From SAR86 cluster bacterium (lineage in GTDB: Bacteria; Pseudomonadota; Gammaproteobacteria; Magnimaribacterales; AG-339-G14): a DNA stretch of 64,000 nt. The notes under the pieces are model-generated. The model saw only the letters and a program-made list of their open reading frames with translations. It had not been told where the DNA came from and did no database searches. The DNA lies in the NCBI GenBank assembly GCA_028140145.1, contig JAOIOC010000004.1, positions 17,067-81,066 on the forward strand, given 5' to 3'. The stretch's first letter is position 1. The number at the start of each line of letters is the position of its first letter. Positions 48,780 to 58,124 of this stretch are shown one piece after another. A program made the translations under genes and the position numbers.

Positions 48780-51143
48780 GTGAACAAACGCAAATCAAAT
48801 AAAAGATCTTTTAACGGATTCAATTCTATATCTTTAAGCCCATCAATAAAAACTTACTTAGTTGATGCTTTTATACTTTTTTTGCTTTTAATAGCTATTA
48901 TAAGCACAATCTCACTGGCTTCGTTTACAAGAGAAGATGCAGCTTGGACAACACAAAACATTGTAGGTGAAACTTCATATCAAAATGCAATTGGATTGAT
49001 TGGAGCATGGATTAGTGATCTTCTTTATTCTTTTTTTGGTGTCGTAGCTTGGATAGTTCCATCATTATTTTATTTAGTTGCTTTTGCTTATTTGTTTAAC
49101 AAAGAGACCAAAGAGACAGTGACCCAATCCTCTTGGGTAAGATTCTTTGTTGCCATGCCATTTGGATTAGTGCTAATAGCTGTTTCTTCGAGCGCTCTTG
49201 TAGCAATTCATTTCAATTTTGGAGAAAATTATTTTCCTCAAGGCTCCGAAGGAATTTTAGGAAAAATTACTTCTTCTCCATTAATTTTGTATTTAAATAA
49301 AGTGGGCGCCACTATCTTTGTAGTATTTTTATTTCTACTGGGGATCACAGCTTTTTTTAAGATAAATTGGAAAAATTTTATATCAAATTTCTTAGACTTT
49401 ATTGTTAACTCTTCTTTTTATATCAAGCAATCTTCACTATCTTTTAGAGAAAACATTCAAACTTTTTTAGATAAAAGAAAAGAAAAAAATAGCAGACAAA
49501 AATTTCTGGATGAGCACAAAGCCAAGATCAACGAAATGCCAGAACCTAAAATTGTTCCCGCAGAGAAAAAAGTTGAAGAAGGCAAAAAAGTTCACAAAGA
49601 AAAACAGCAGGAATTATTTAAGGATCCTGCTCCAGGCGATATGCCTAAAATTGGATTACTTGATGAAAAAGAGTCTATTGGAAAAGAAATATCATCAAAG
49701 GAGAAGTATGAACTTGAAATCTTAAAAGAGGCATTAATTACTAAGTTGGCTGAATTCAAAATTACTGGACCTGAAGGTGAGTATGCAGTTGTCAAAGAGA
49801 CTATGCGTGGACCGGTTGTAACAAGATTTGAAGTAGAACTGCCAAAAGGTATTAAGGTTTCACAAGTTTCTAATTTAAATAAGGATTTAGCCAGATCTCT
49901 TGGTGTTGGAAGCATAAGAATTGTTGAGGTAATAGAAGGTCGGGAAACAATAGGTATTGAGGTTCCTAACTCAGAAAGAGAAAACGTTTTGCTGAGCGAG
50001 ATAATTGCCTCAAAATTATTTGAAGATGCAAAAAGCTCTGTATCATTGGCTTTTGGTAAAAACATTGAAGGTGTTCCAGTAGTTGAAGATCTTGCTGGAC
50101 TTCCTCACATGTTAGTTGCGGGAACAACGGGTTCCGGAAAGTCAGTTGCTTTAAATTCTATGTTGATGAGCATCCTCTATAAAGCAACTCCCGATCAAGT
50201 TAAATTCGTTCTCATTGATCCTAAAATGCTTGAATTATCTGTCTACGAGGATTTGCCTCATTTACTATGTCCAGTTATCACCGACATGTCTGAAGCAGCT
50301 AATGGTCTCAGATGGTGTGTAAATGAAATGGAAAAAAGATACCGACTAATGGCATCACTTTCTGTAAGGAATTTAAACGGTCTAAACTCAAAAATAAAAA
50401 AAGCTAGAGAGGATGGAGAGCCCTTAACTGATCCTCTATGGAAAAGAAATCCAGAAAAAGAAGATGACAATCCTCCTGAATTAGAAGAACTTCCTTTAAT
50501 TGTGATTGCAGTCGATGAATTAGCTGACCTCATGATGGTAGTTGGAAAAAAAGTTGAACATCTAATCGCACGCCTTGCTCAAAAAGCAAGAGCAGCAGGG
50601 ATTCATATGCTTCTAGCAACACAAAGACCCTCTGTTGATGTAATTACCGGTTTAATTAAGGCAAATATTTCCGCAAGGATGGCTTTTAATGTTGCCTCTT
50701 CAATGGATTCAAGGGTTGTATTAGATCAAGTAGGTGCTGAACAACTGCTCGGAAAAGGAGATATGCTCTATATAGGCTCAGGAACATCGATTCCTTTGAG
50801 AGTTCATGGTGCGTATGTAGGTGAGGAGGAAATTATAAGAGTAGTGGAGGATTGGAAAAACAGACAAACTGTTAGTTATTTAGAAGAAGTCACTAAATCT
50901 CCAGAATCTTCTGAAGGATCAAACGGAGAATCCGATGAAGAGAAAGATGAGTTTTATGACCAGGCAGTTGCATTTGTTATAGATTCTAGAAGAGCATCTA
51001 TATCAGCTGTCCAAAGAAAATTTAGAATAGGTTACAACAGAGCAGCAAGATTAATAGAAACGATGGAAAGTGCAGGAATCGTTAGTGAAATGAACTCCAA
51101 TGGAAACAGAGAAGTTTTATCTCAAAAAGTTGAACTTGATTAA
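48780..51143 (+). CDS. ftsK: DNA translocase FtsK
   Basis: Four N-terminal TM segments, a Lys/Glu-rich linker, motor domain with Walker A GTTGSGKS, and gamma domain SISAVQRKFRIGYNRAARLIETME. GTG start. Confidence 0.95.
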   Translation: MNKRKSNKRSFNGFNSISLSPSIKTYLVDAFILFLLLIAIISTISLASFTREDAAWTTQNIVGETSYQNAIGLIGAWISDLLYSFFGVVAWIVPSLFYLVAFAYLFNKETKETVTQSSWVRFFVAMPFGLVLIAVSSSALVAIHFNFGENYFPQGSEGILGKITSSPLILYLNKVGATIFVVFLFLLGITAFFKINWKNFISNFLDFIVNSSFYIKQSSLSFRENIQTFLDKRKEKNSRQKFLDEHKAKINEMPEPKIVPAEKKVEEGKKVHKEKQQELFKDPAPGDMPKIGLLDEKESIGKEISSKEKYELEILKEALITKLAEFKITGPEGEYAVVKETMRGPVVTRFEVELPKGIKVSQVSNLNKDLARSLGVGSIRIVEVIEGRETIGIEVPNSERENVLLSEIIASKLFEDAKSSVSLAFGKNIEGVPVVEDLAGLPHMLVAGTTGSGKSVALNSMLMSILYKATPDQVKFVLIDPKMLELSVYEDLPHLLCPVITDMSEAANGLRWCVNEMEKRYRLMASLSVRNLNGLNSKIKKAREDGEPLTDPLWKRNPEKEDDNPPELEELPLIVIAVDELADLMMVVGKKVEHLIARLAQKARAAGIHMLLATQRPSVDVITGLIKANISARMAFNVASSMDSRVVLDQVGAEQLLGKGDMLYIGSGTSIPLRVHGAYVGEEEIIRVVEDWKNRQTVSYLEEVTKSPESSEGSNGESDEEKDEFYDQAVAFVIDSRRASISAVQRKFRIGYNRAARLIETMESAGIVSEMNSNGNREVLSQKVELD

Positions 51144-51717
51144 ATTATCTATTTTTTCATTTTTAATTTTAAATTCTTTCAGTTTGTTAGCCTGCGATAT
51201 TTCAAAAATACAATTTTTTTTGGATGAAAATATAACTTTCCAAGTAACGTATGAACAGAATTTTAATGATTCATCTGATCTTATTGCAGGCAATATTTAC
51301 AGAGATTATGCAAAGATAAAGGTCTCATCTTTAGTTCCTAAAGAGGAATTAATAATCAATAAGAATAAGATTTTTAGGCATGATCTTGAAATGGATCAAT
51401 TAATAATAGAAGAGTCAGGTGAGTCAACAAATCAATCGCCAGCATTTTTATTGTTTAACAACCCAAATTTAATTTGTGATTTTTTTTCTAAAGCAAATTG
51501 CTCTGATGGATCTTGTCTATATTCTGATCCGTTAGATAATTTTTACCTTAAAGATATAAAGATTGATTTTGAAAATAAAAAAATAAAAAAAATAATTTAC
51601 GAAGATCTATTTGAAAGAATATCAACTATAAAATTATTTAAATACGAACAATTAGATAAAAAGGTATCATTTGAACCAGAAGTTTCAGACAAGACAGAAA
51701 AAATAATTCTTAATTAA
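51100..51717 (+). CDS. lolA: Outer-membrane lipoprotein carrier LolA-like (divergent)
   Basis: Position between ftsK and serS as in enterobacteria, plus a signal peptide and about 200 aa. Sequence similarity is weak. The true start is probably downstream of 51100, which overlaps ftsK by 44 nt. Confidence 0.5.
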   Translation: METEKFYLKKLNLIKLSIFSFLILNSFSLLACDISKIQFFLDENITFQVTYEQNFNDSSDLIAGNIYRDYAKIKVSSLVPKEELIINKNKIFRHDLEMDQLIIEESGESTNQSPAFLLFNNPNLICDFFSKANCSDGSCLYSDPLDNFYLKDIKIDFENKKIKKIIYEDLFERISTIKLFKYEQLDKKVSFEPEVSDKTEKIILN

Positions 51718-51719
51718 GC

Positions 51720-52946
51720 ATGCTAGATAAAAAACTTTTAATTCAATCACCGGAATTAGTTAAAAAAAATCTATCCTCAAGAGGTTACGTTCTCAATATC
51801 GATCAATGGAATAAGCTCGAGGAGGAAAGAAAAATAGCTCAGATTAATCTGGAAACTAACCAGGAAAGTTTAAATAAATTATCAAAAGAAATTTCTTCGT
51901 CCAAGGACGATGATAATTTAAAACATCAGGCTTCATCTTTATCCGCTCTTGTTAAACAAGACAAGGAAATACTTCAGACAATTCAAAATAATATTGACGA
52001 GTTTCTTTTGGACATCCCTAACCTTTTGGATGAGTCCGTTCCTATTGGAGAAGATGAAACGTCAAATCATATTATTGAGGAAATTGGCAATATTCCGGAA
52101 TTTTCTTTTGAGCCCAAGTCCCATTCTGTTTTAGTTGAAAAAACTGATCAGGGTAGGGGAGTAAAAATTGCAAAGAGTCGATTTACTGTTCTAAGTGGAG
52201 AACTGGCAAAATTACACAGAGTAATCGGACAATTTATGATTGATACCCATGCAAATATTCATGGTTATGAGGAACTGTATGTTCCTTATATCGTAAATAA
52301 GTCTTCTTTAGTTGGTACAGGACAACTTCCTAAATTTGAAGAAGATTTATTCAAGCTGACTGAAACTCCTGATCTTTATTTAGCTCCAACAGCGGAGGTT
52401 CCTGTTACTAATCTTCACAGGGATGAAAAACTTAAATTTGAGCAATTACCCCTCAAATACGTCTGCCATTCACCTTGTTTTAGAAGTGAGGCCGGCAGCT
52501 ACGGCAAAGATACGAAAGGTTTAATAAGACAACACCAATTCGATAAAGTCGAACTCGTTAAGATCTGTCATCCAGATAAATCCGAAGATGAGCATAAAAA
52601 ATTAATAGAGGATGCAAGTAAAATTCTTGAGTTACTTGAGTTACCTTATAGAAAAGTTATCCTATCATCAGGTGATACTGGATTTTCTGCTGCAAAAACA
52701 GTTGATCTGGAAGTTTGGTTTCCAAGTCAAAATACCTATAGAGAAATATCATCTTGTTCAAATTTTACCGATTTTCAATCGAGAAGAGCTAATTTGAAAT
52801 ATAAAGCTGACAAAGGTAATGAGTTTTGTCATACATTAAATGGCTCTGGACTAGCGATAGGAAGAACTCTTGCCGCGATAATTGAAAATTATCAAACAGA
52901 AGATGGGAATTTTATATATCCTAAAGTTCTAAAAAAATATATTTAA
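51720..52946 (+). CDS. serS: Seryl-tRNA synthetase
   Basis: N-terminal coiled-coil arm. Class II motifs FRSEAGSYGKDTKGLIRQHQF and GSGLAIGRTLAAIIENYQ. Confidence 0.95.
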   Translation: MLDKKLLIQSPELVKKNLSSRGYVLNIDQWNKLEEERKIAQINLETNQESLNKLSKEISSSKDDDNLKHQASSLSALVKQDKEILQTIQNNIDEFLLDIPNLLDESVPIGEDETSNHIIEEIGNIPEFSFEPKSHSVLVEKTDQGRGVKIAKSRFTVLSGELAKLHRVIGQFMIDTHANIHGYEELYVPYIVNKSSLVGTGQLPKFEEDLFKLTETPDLYLAPTAEVPVTNLHRDEKLKFEQLPLKYVCHSPCFRSEAGSYGKDTKGLIRQHQFDKVELVKICHPDKSEDEHKKLIEDASKILELLELPYRKVILSSGDTGFSAAKTVDLEVWFPSQNTYREISSCSNFTDFQSRRANLKYKADKGNEFCHTLNGSGLAIGRTLAAIIENYQTEDGNFIYPKVLKKYI

Positions 52947-53043
52947 TATAATAAAAAAATTAACCTAATAAATTTTCTTAGTTGTAACATAGCTATATAA
53001 ATTTTTAATTAAAATTCATTATTATTTAAAGGAGCGAATAAAC

Positions 53044-56000
53044 ATGATCCCCAAAAATTTAATTAAATTATTTCTAATAGCTTTTTTAAGCAGTTTTCTT
53101 TTTTCAGTAGAAACTACATCTAATTTCAAAGGTATAGTGACTGACCTTTCAGGCAATGCTTTAGAAGATGCTGAAATAACTATTGTTAATAATTCAACAA
53201 ACAAATCCAGCACAACTTCCAGTAATGAATCTGGTGCGTTCGTTTTAACAAACCTTGCAGTTGGAGGTCCTTATACTGTAACGGTTACCTCAAGTGTAGG
53301 CTCACAGATTTATCAAGATGTATTCTTAAATCTGGGTCAAACTTTATCTTTAAACGTTGTACTTTCTGACTTCGAGTCTCTTGTAGTAACAGGAGAACAG
53401 TTAGCTCAGGCGCAAGTGGCTTTAGGTCCAAATAAAGTATTTAACGCTGAGGATCTTGATGCTGCTGTAGCTTATGATAAAGATATTAAGGAAGTTCTTG
53501 CAGAAGATCCAAGACTATACGTTGATATAACTTCTTCTTCGGCATACAGAGGTTTGCAATGTAACGGACAAAATCCTAGATACAATACTTTTTCAATAGA
53601 TGGCATACCAATGAATGATGGTTTTGGGCTGAACAGTAATGGTTACCCAACCAATCGATTGCCTTTTTCTTTTGATTCAATAAAGCAGGTATCTGCTGAA
53701 TTCGCTCCATTTGATGTTAAATATGGAGGTTTCTCGGCCTGTGTAATTAATGCAGTTACTAAATCTGGAACCAACGAGATTAGCGGAAGCGCTTACTATG
53801 AGTACGCAGGTGATGATCTAGTCGGAACTGAAATTGATGGTGTCAAAGGAAACATGGTGCCTTTTGAAGAGAATAAATATGGCTTTACTCTCGGCGGCCC
53901 AATTGTTCAAGACAAAGCTTTCTTCTTCATATCTGTAGAAAGATACGATGATGTTGATGTTGATCCTTTTGGACCACAAGGTTCTGGCGCTCCTTCTGAG
54001 TTAGATTTTTTAAGTGCTGCAGATTTCACAAGGATTGTTGATATAGCTAAAAATAAATATGGTTTTGATCCTGGATCAATTGGTGGAGCATTAGATAGTT
54101 ACGATAATAAATTTCTTGCAAAATTTGATGTTGAAGCTGACGAAAATAATTCCTTATCAATTACATTTAATTACAACGATGGATTTAATAACCAAGCATC
54201 AGATTCATCACCAAGTGAATTTGAATTCAGCAAGCACTTTTATGAAAGAGGTCATGAAATGCTTGCGCTTAACTTAGAGCTTTACTCTCAAATTTCTAAC
54301 AACCTCAGCAGCGAGTTGAGGGTAGGGTATAGAGACGTTGATAATAGACAAATAGGACTGGGTGGACCTTTTGGAGATTTTCAAATTGATGTAGTAAATC
54401 CAGCTAATAATTCTGAAGGTACTGTTTACCTTGGTGGAACAGATGATTCCAGACAGGCTAATAAGATGGACTATTCAACGACCATTCTTCAATTTTCTCT
54501 TGATCATTTAGTTGATAATCATCTTTTAACATATGGAATTGAATTTGAAGATACGAATATTTTCAATTTATTTATGCAGCATTCCTTAAATGGTGAATGG
54601 GATTTCTATGGTGGTATTGATGATTTTGATGCGGGTCTTGCCAGAGTCTACTTTGGTAACACTCCTTCGCTGAATGAAAACGCAGCTGCTGCAGATTGGG
54701 GTTATGGTCTTGCAACAATATTTTTTCAAGATGAAATACAAACTGGTAACACCGAAATTGTAATAGGCCTTAGATATGATACTTATATGGTTGATGGTAA
54801 ACCTGCAGAGAATCCAACTTTTAAAGCTGCTTACGGTTACTCAAATACAATCACTCATGATGGTGCTGATGCTTTAATGCTCCGTATTGGGTTCAACACT
54901 CAAGTAACTGAATTCACTAATGTTTATGGTGGGTATGGAGGCTTTTCTGGAGGTAATCCTAACGTATGGTACTCAAATATGTTTTCTAATGATGGTGTGA
55001 CTGCAATTCAGGTTAATCAAAGAAACATGGAAATCTTCACTGAGCCTATGTGTAACAGTGATACTGGAGCACCTACTGATGCAGGCCCAGGATATGCCGT
55101 TCCGTGTTCTTTAGTTGCCAAAGTACAAAGTGGATCTGCAGACACAGATACAAATACCACAGATGCAAATTTTGAAGTCCCAATTGTCCACAAATTTGCT
55201 TTAGGTCTAAATTCTAGTTTTGGAGTTGAAGATCTTTTATTCAATATGGACGTAATTGCAACTGAAGTTGAAAATCCAGCTATCATCAATGATATTAATG
55301 TTTCTAAGACAGGAGAAACAGATTTCACTGGAAGACCTTACTATAATTGCTCTGGTGGAAATGCTAGAGATTCATTTACTTGTTTTGGTCCGTTTGACTT
55401 TCAACTTACCAATTCTAGCCAAAGTCCAGTTGGTCTAACTTATTCATTATCTTTGAGTAAGTTATGGCGTGAAAGTGACGTAAGATTTTCTATAGGTTAT
55501 GCTAATACATCTCTTCAAGATGTGACTCCGATGACTTCATCTGTTGCTTACTCCAACTTTACAGGAGTCGCCACAATAGATAGAAACAATCCTACTGTTG
55601 CACAATCCAATCATGTTATCCCTGAAAGGATTACTGCATCGTTGAGATACCAACCCGTCACTATAGAAGGCGGTTATCGTTTTAAAGCTTCGTTATTTAT
55701 TAATAGATTCCAAAGTAGATCCTACTCATACACTTACGATGGTGAGGAACATGGACAAACACCTGCTTTTACTGATCAGTCATTACTTTATGTACCAACT
55801 AATGCAGCTGATCCTAACGTAGTCTTCGATGGTATAAGTCCTGCTGCTTTCTTTGCTATAACTGATGCTGCTGGCTGTCCTAGGGGCCAATATTGTCCTA
55901 GAAATTCAATCGACGGTGCTTGGAACACATCTATAAACCTTAAACTTGCTCAAGAATTTCCTGGGTTTGCCCCAGATCATGAAGCAGAAATTTACATGGT

Positions 56001-56208
56001 TATTAAAAACTTGGGTAACTTAATAAATTCTAAATATGGAATTTTTAGAGAACCTGGATTTCCTAGTATGCAAAAAGTAGCTAGATTAAGTGAGATTGAT
56101 GATCAAGGAAGATATGTCTACGACAGACTATATTCTCCAAGAGGGTCAAGCATCAGCCCTTACGCTAGTACTTATGAAGTTAAATTTGGATTCTATTACA
56201 GATTCTAA
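53044..56208 (+). CDS. TonB-dependent outer-membrane receptor with N-terminal carboxypeptidase-regulatory-like domain
   Basis: Signal peptide, GIVTDLSGNALEDAEITIVN, a plug region, a long beta-barrel, and C-terminal FGFYYRF with a terminal Phe. Confidence 0.9.
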   Translation: MIPKNLIKLFLIAFLSSFLFSVETTSNFKGIVTDLSGNALEDAEITIVNNSTNKSSTTSSNESGAFVLTNLAVGGPYTVTVTSSVGSQIYQDVFLNLGQTLSLNVVLSDFESLVVTGEQLAQAQVALGPNKVFNAEDLDAAVAYDKDIKEVLAEDPRLYVDITSSSAYRGLQCNGQNPRYNTFSIDGIPMNDGFGLNSNGYPTNRLPFSFDSIKQVSAEFAPFDVKYGGFSACVINAVTKSGTNEISGSAYYEYAGDDLVGTEIDGVKGNMVPFEENKYGFTLGGPIVQDKAFFFISVERYDDVDVDPFGPQGSGAPSELDFLSAADFTRIVDIAKNKYGFDPGSIGGALDSYDNKFLAKFDVEADENNSLSITFNYNDGFNNQASDSSPSEFEFSKHFYERGHEMLALNLELYSQISNNLSSELRVGYRDVDNRQIGLGGPFGDFQIDVVNPANNSEGTVYLGGTDDSRQANKMDYSTTILQFSLDHLVDNHLLTYGIEFEDTNIFNLFMQHSLNGEWDFYGGIDDFDAGLARVYFGNTPSLNENAAAADWGYGLATIFFQDEIQTGNTEIVIGLRYDTYMVDGKPAENPTFKAAYGYSNTITHDGADALMLRIGFNTQVTEFTNVYGGYGGFSGGNPNVWYSNMFSNDGVTAIQVNQRNMEIFTEPMCNSDTGAPTDAGPGYAVPCSLVAKVQSGSADTDTNTTDANFEVPIVHKFALGLNSSFGVEDLLFNMDVIATEVENPAIINDINVSKTGETDFTGRPYYNCSGGNARDSFTCFGPFDFQLTNSSQSPVGLTYSLSLSKLWRESDVRFSIGYANTSLQDVTPMTSSVAYSNFTGVATIDRNNPTVAQSNHVIPERITASLRYQPVTIEGGYRFKASLFINRFQSRSYSYTYDGEEHGQTPAFTDQSLLYVPTNAADPNVVFDGISPAAFFAITDAAGCPRGQYCPRNSIDGAWNTSINLKLAQEFPGFAPDHEAEIYMVIKNLGNLINSKYGIFREPGFPSMQKVARLSEIDDQGRYVYDRLYSPRGSSISPYASTYEVKFGFYYRF

Positions 56209-56216
56209 TATTTAAT

Positions 56217-57209
56217 CTAAGACGAAAACGCCGCTTTTGCGGCGTTTTTCGCTTTTAGTAGGTTTGGAAAATCTAAACAGGCTTCAAATCTCTGAATTGA
56301 ACAATGAGAGAAATAATTAGCTATATCTGCAGATTGCTGAATGTCTTTACTTTGAAAATAATTTCCTAAAAAAGCACCAAGAAATGTATCGCCTGCGCCG
56401 TTTAAAGAAGCTATTTCAGTTTCAATGGAATTAGAGATAAATGACTTGCCATTGTGAATAACTTCAGAACCCAGATTCCCCTTGGTCATCAAATATACTT
56501 TATTTGTTTTATTGGAACTCTCTAAGAAGGACGAATTCATAGACTGCTGAAGAAATTTCATTTCGTTTTCATTGCCAGCTATTAAAAAGGTTTGATCGGA
56601 GTATTTTTTTATGAAATCCATATGTTTTCTCATGACGCTAATATCCGAAAGACTGAGAATTAAATTTTTATTAGATGATAATAAGTGGCTAATTGTTTTT
56701 TTATTGATATCAGAATTAAGCGAATATAAGTCAGTAAATATATAATCTATAGTTTCCAAATCACTAAAATTAGCAAGAGTTAATTGACTGCTTGCGCCAG
56801 GACATGCTGCCATTGTTCTCTCTTTATCAGGAGTTAAAAAAATTAAACAACAACCTGTTTGCTGAAGATCTACATTAAGATAAGTTTTAATAGGATATGA
56901 ATTCATGGTGTCTATTAAGAATTTTGAATCACGATCTTTTCCAACAGAACCAAGAAAAGTGTTATCAACCTTAAAAACCGATGATGTAGCCGCAGTTGTA
57001 AATATTGATCCGCCAAGATATCTGTTTGTTATTTGATCTCGATAAACATCTAAGTATTCACTCAATTGAATTACATCAATTTCTATTGCTCCACTTTTTT
57101 TTATAGGTAATTTAGATAATTCATCGTTAGATATAGTTATTTCAATATCTACTAAAATATTACCAACATTCAAGATTGAAACATTTTTGTTGCTATAATC
57201 TCCGGACAT
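56217..57209 (-). CDS. PfkB-family carbohydrate/nucleoside kinase (adenosine-kinase-like)
   Basis: NVGNILVDI near the N-terminus and C-terminal GAGDTFLGAF. Start set to ATG 57209 (MSGDYSNKNVSILNVG). Confidence 0.75.
   Translation of the reverse strand: MSGDYSNKNVSILNVGNILVDIEITISNDELSKLPIKKSGAIEIDVIQLSEYLDVYRDQITNRYLGGSIFTTAATSSVFKVDNTFLGSVGKDRDSKFLIDTMNSYPIKTYLNVDLQQTGCCLIFLTPDKERTMAACPGASSQLTLANFSDLETIDYIFTDLYSLNSDINKKTISHLLSSNKNLILSLSDISVMRKHMDFIKKYSDQTFLIAGNENEMKFLQQSMNSSFLESSNKTNKVYLMTKGNLGSEVIHNGKSFISNSIETEIASLNGAGDTFLGAFLGNYFQSKDIQQSADIANYFSHCSIQRFEACLDFPNLLKAKNAAKAAFSS
56225..56249. terminator. GC-rich hairpin terminator for the receptor gene, lying inside the 3' coding end of the convergent kinase gene
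   Basis: AAAACGCCGC-tttt-GCGGCGTTTT followed by T. It starts 17 nt after the TBDR stop. Confidence 0.65.
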
Positions 57210-57210
57210 T

Positions 57211-58122
57211 ATGATTTCAACTAAAGAAAGTATTCCTCGTTTAGATTTTGACTTATTTGATAAAGATAAAACATCTCTCGCAAAAGATACCATAAATGCA
57301 TTTCATGATTATGGTTTTTGTGTTTTCTTCAATCACACCATTGACAAAGATTTAATTGCAAATTGTTTGGACATTTATCAGGATTTTTTTAATTTTCCTG
57401 ACAACGTAAAAGAATCATTTATAGTTCCAGATATTGGAGGAGCTAGAGGTTTTACTAAGTTCAAAACAGAAACTGCCAAAAATTACGATCGACCAGATTT
57501 GAAGGAATTTTGGCACGTTGGAAGAGATAATTTAACTTATCCAAAAAATATATGGATCGATGAATTAAAAAATCATAAAAAACTTTCTCTGGATTTATAT
57601 AATCAGTTTGATCTTTTAGGTCGAGATATTATGGAGCTGATAGGTATAGGCTTGGGTCTAGAAAGTAACTTTTTTAATGAGATTATTGAAAAAGGTAACA
57701 GTATTATGAGAATAATCAATTACCCTAAAATTGAAAATTTCAATACAGATTCTTTAAGAGCATCTCCTCATGAAGACATTAACTTCATTACTCTTCTAAT
57801 CGGAGGGCATCAACCTGGACTTGAAGTGCTTAATGGAGCTAAGTGGCTCAAAGCAGATTTTTCCAGGGATGAAATAGTAGTTAACGTAGGCGATATGTTG
57901 CAAAGATATACAAATAAATATCTTGTTTCTGCAACTCATAGAGTGACAAATGGAGAAGAGACGAATACTCAAAGGATATCTATTCCATTTTTTCTTCATC
58001 CTAGATCTGATTTTTTAATAAAACCTCTTGAATCTTTGCTAGGTAGTCATAATCACTATCCTGATCCAATAACAGCAGACGATTATTTAAATCAAAGGCT
58101 AGCTGAAATTAAATTGAAATAA
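57211..58122 (+). CDS. 2OG-Fe(II) oxygenase (isopenicillin-N-synthase-like family)
   Basis: IPRLDF...AFHDYGFCVFFNH N-domain, HxD in SPHEDINFITLL, distal His SATHRV, and RISIPFF (RxS). Confidence 0.85.
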   Translation: MISTKESIPRLDFDLFDKDKTSLAKDTINAFHDYGFCVFFNHTIDKDLIANCLDIYQDFFNFPDNVKESFIVPDIGGARGFTKFKTETAKNYDRPDLKEFWHVGRDNLTYPKNIWIDELKNHKKLSLDLYNQFDLLGRDIMELIGIGLGLESNFFNEIIEKGNSIMRIINYPKIENFNTDSLRASPHEDINFITLLIGGHQPGLEVLNGAKWLKADFSRDEIVVNVGDMLQRYTNKYLVSATHRVTNGEETNTQRISIPFFLHPRSDFLIKPLESLLGSHNHYPDPITADDYLNQRLAEIKLK

Positions 58123-58124
58123 TA

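Noticed and set aside
49592-50065. 157-aa antisense ORF inside ftsK
   Set aside because: It lies entirely within the well-conserved FtsK coding region on the opposite strand and has Ser-rich low-complexity composition. It is a shadow ORF.
52947-53043. Possible riboswitch upstream of the TonB-dependent receptor
   Set aside because: The region is only 97 nt of AT-rich sequence, with no conserved riboswitch core (for example the cobalamin B12 box or the TPP motif) and no stable helices visible.
57210-57293. 28-aa N-terminal extension of the PfkB kinase ORF, overlapping the oxygenase gene
   Set aside because: PfkB proteins start close to the NVGNILVD strand. The extension is Ser/Lys-rich and would overlap the divergent gene by 83 nt. 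It is kept as an alternative in the findings.
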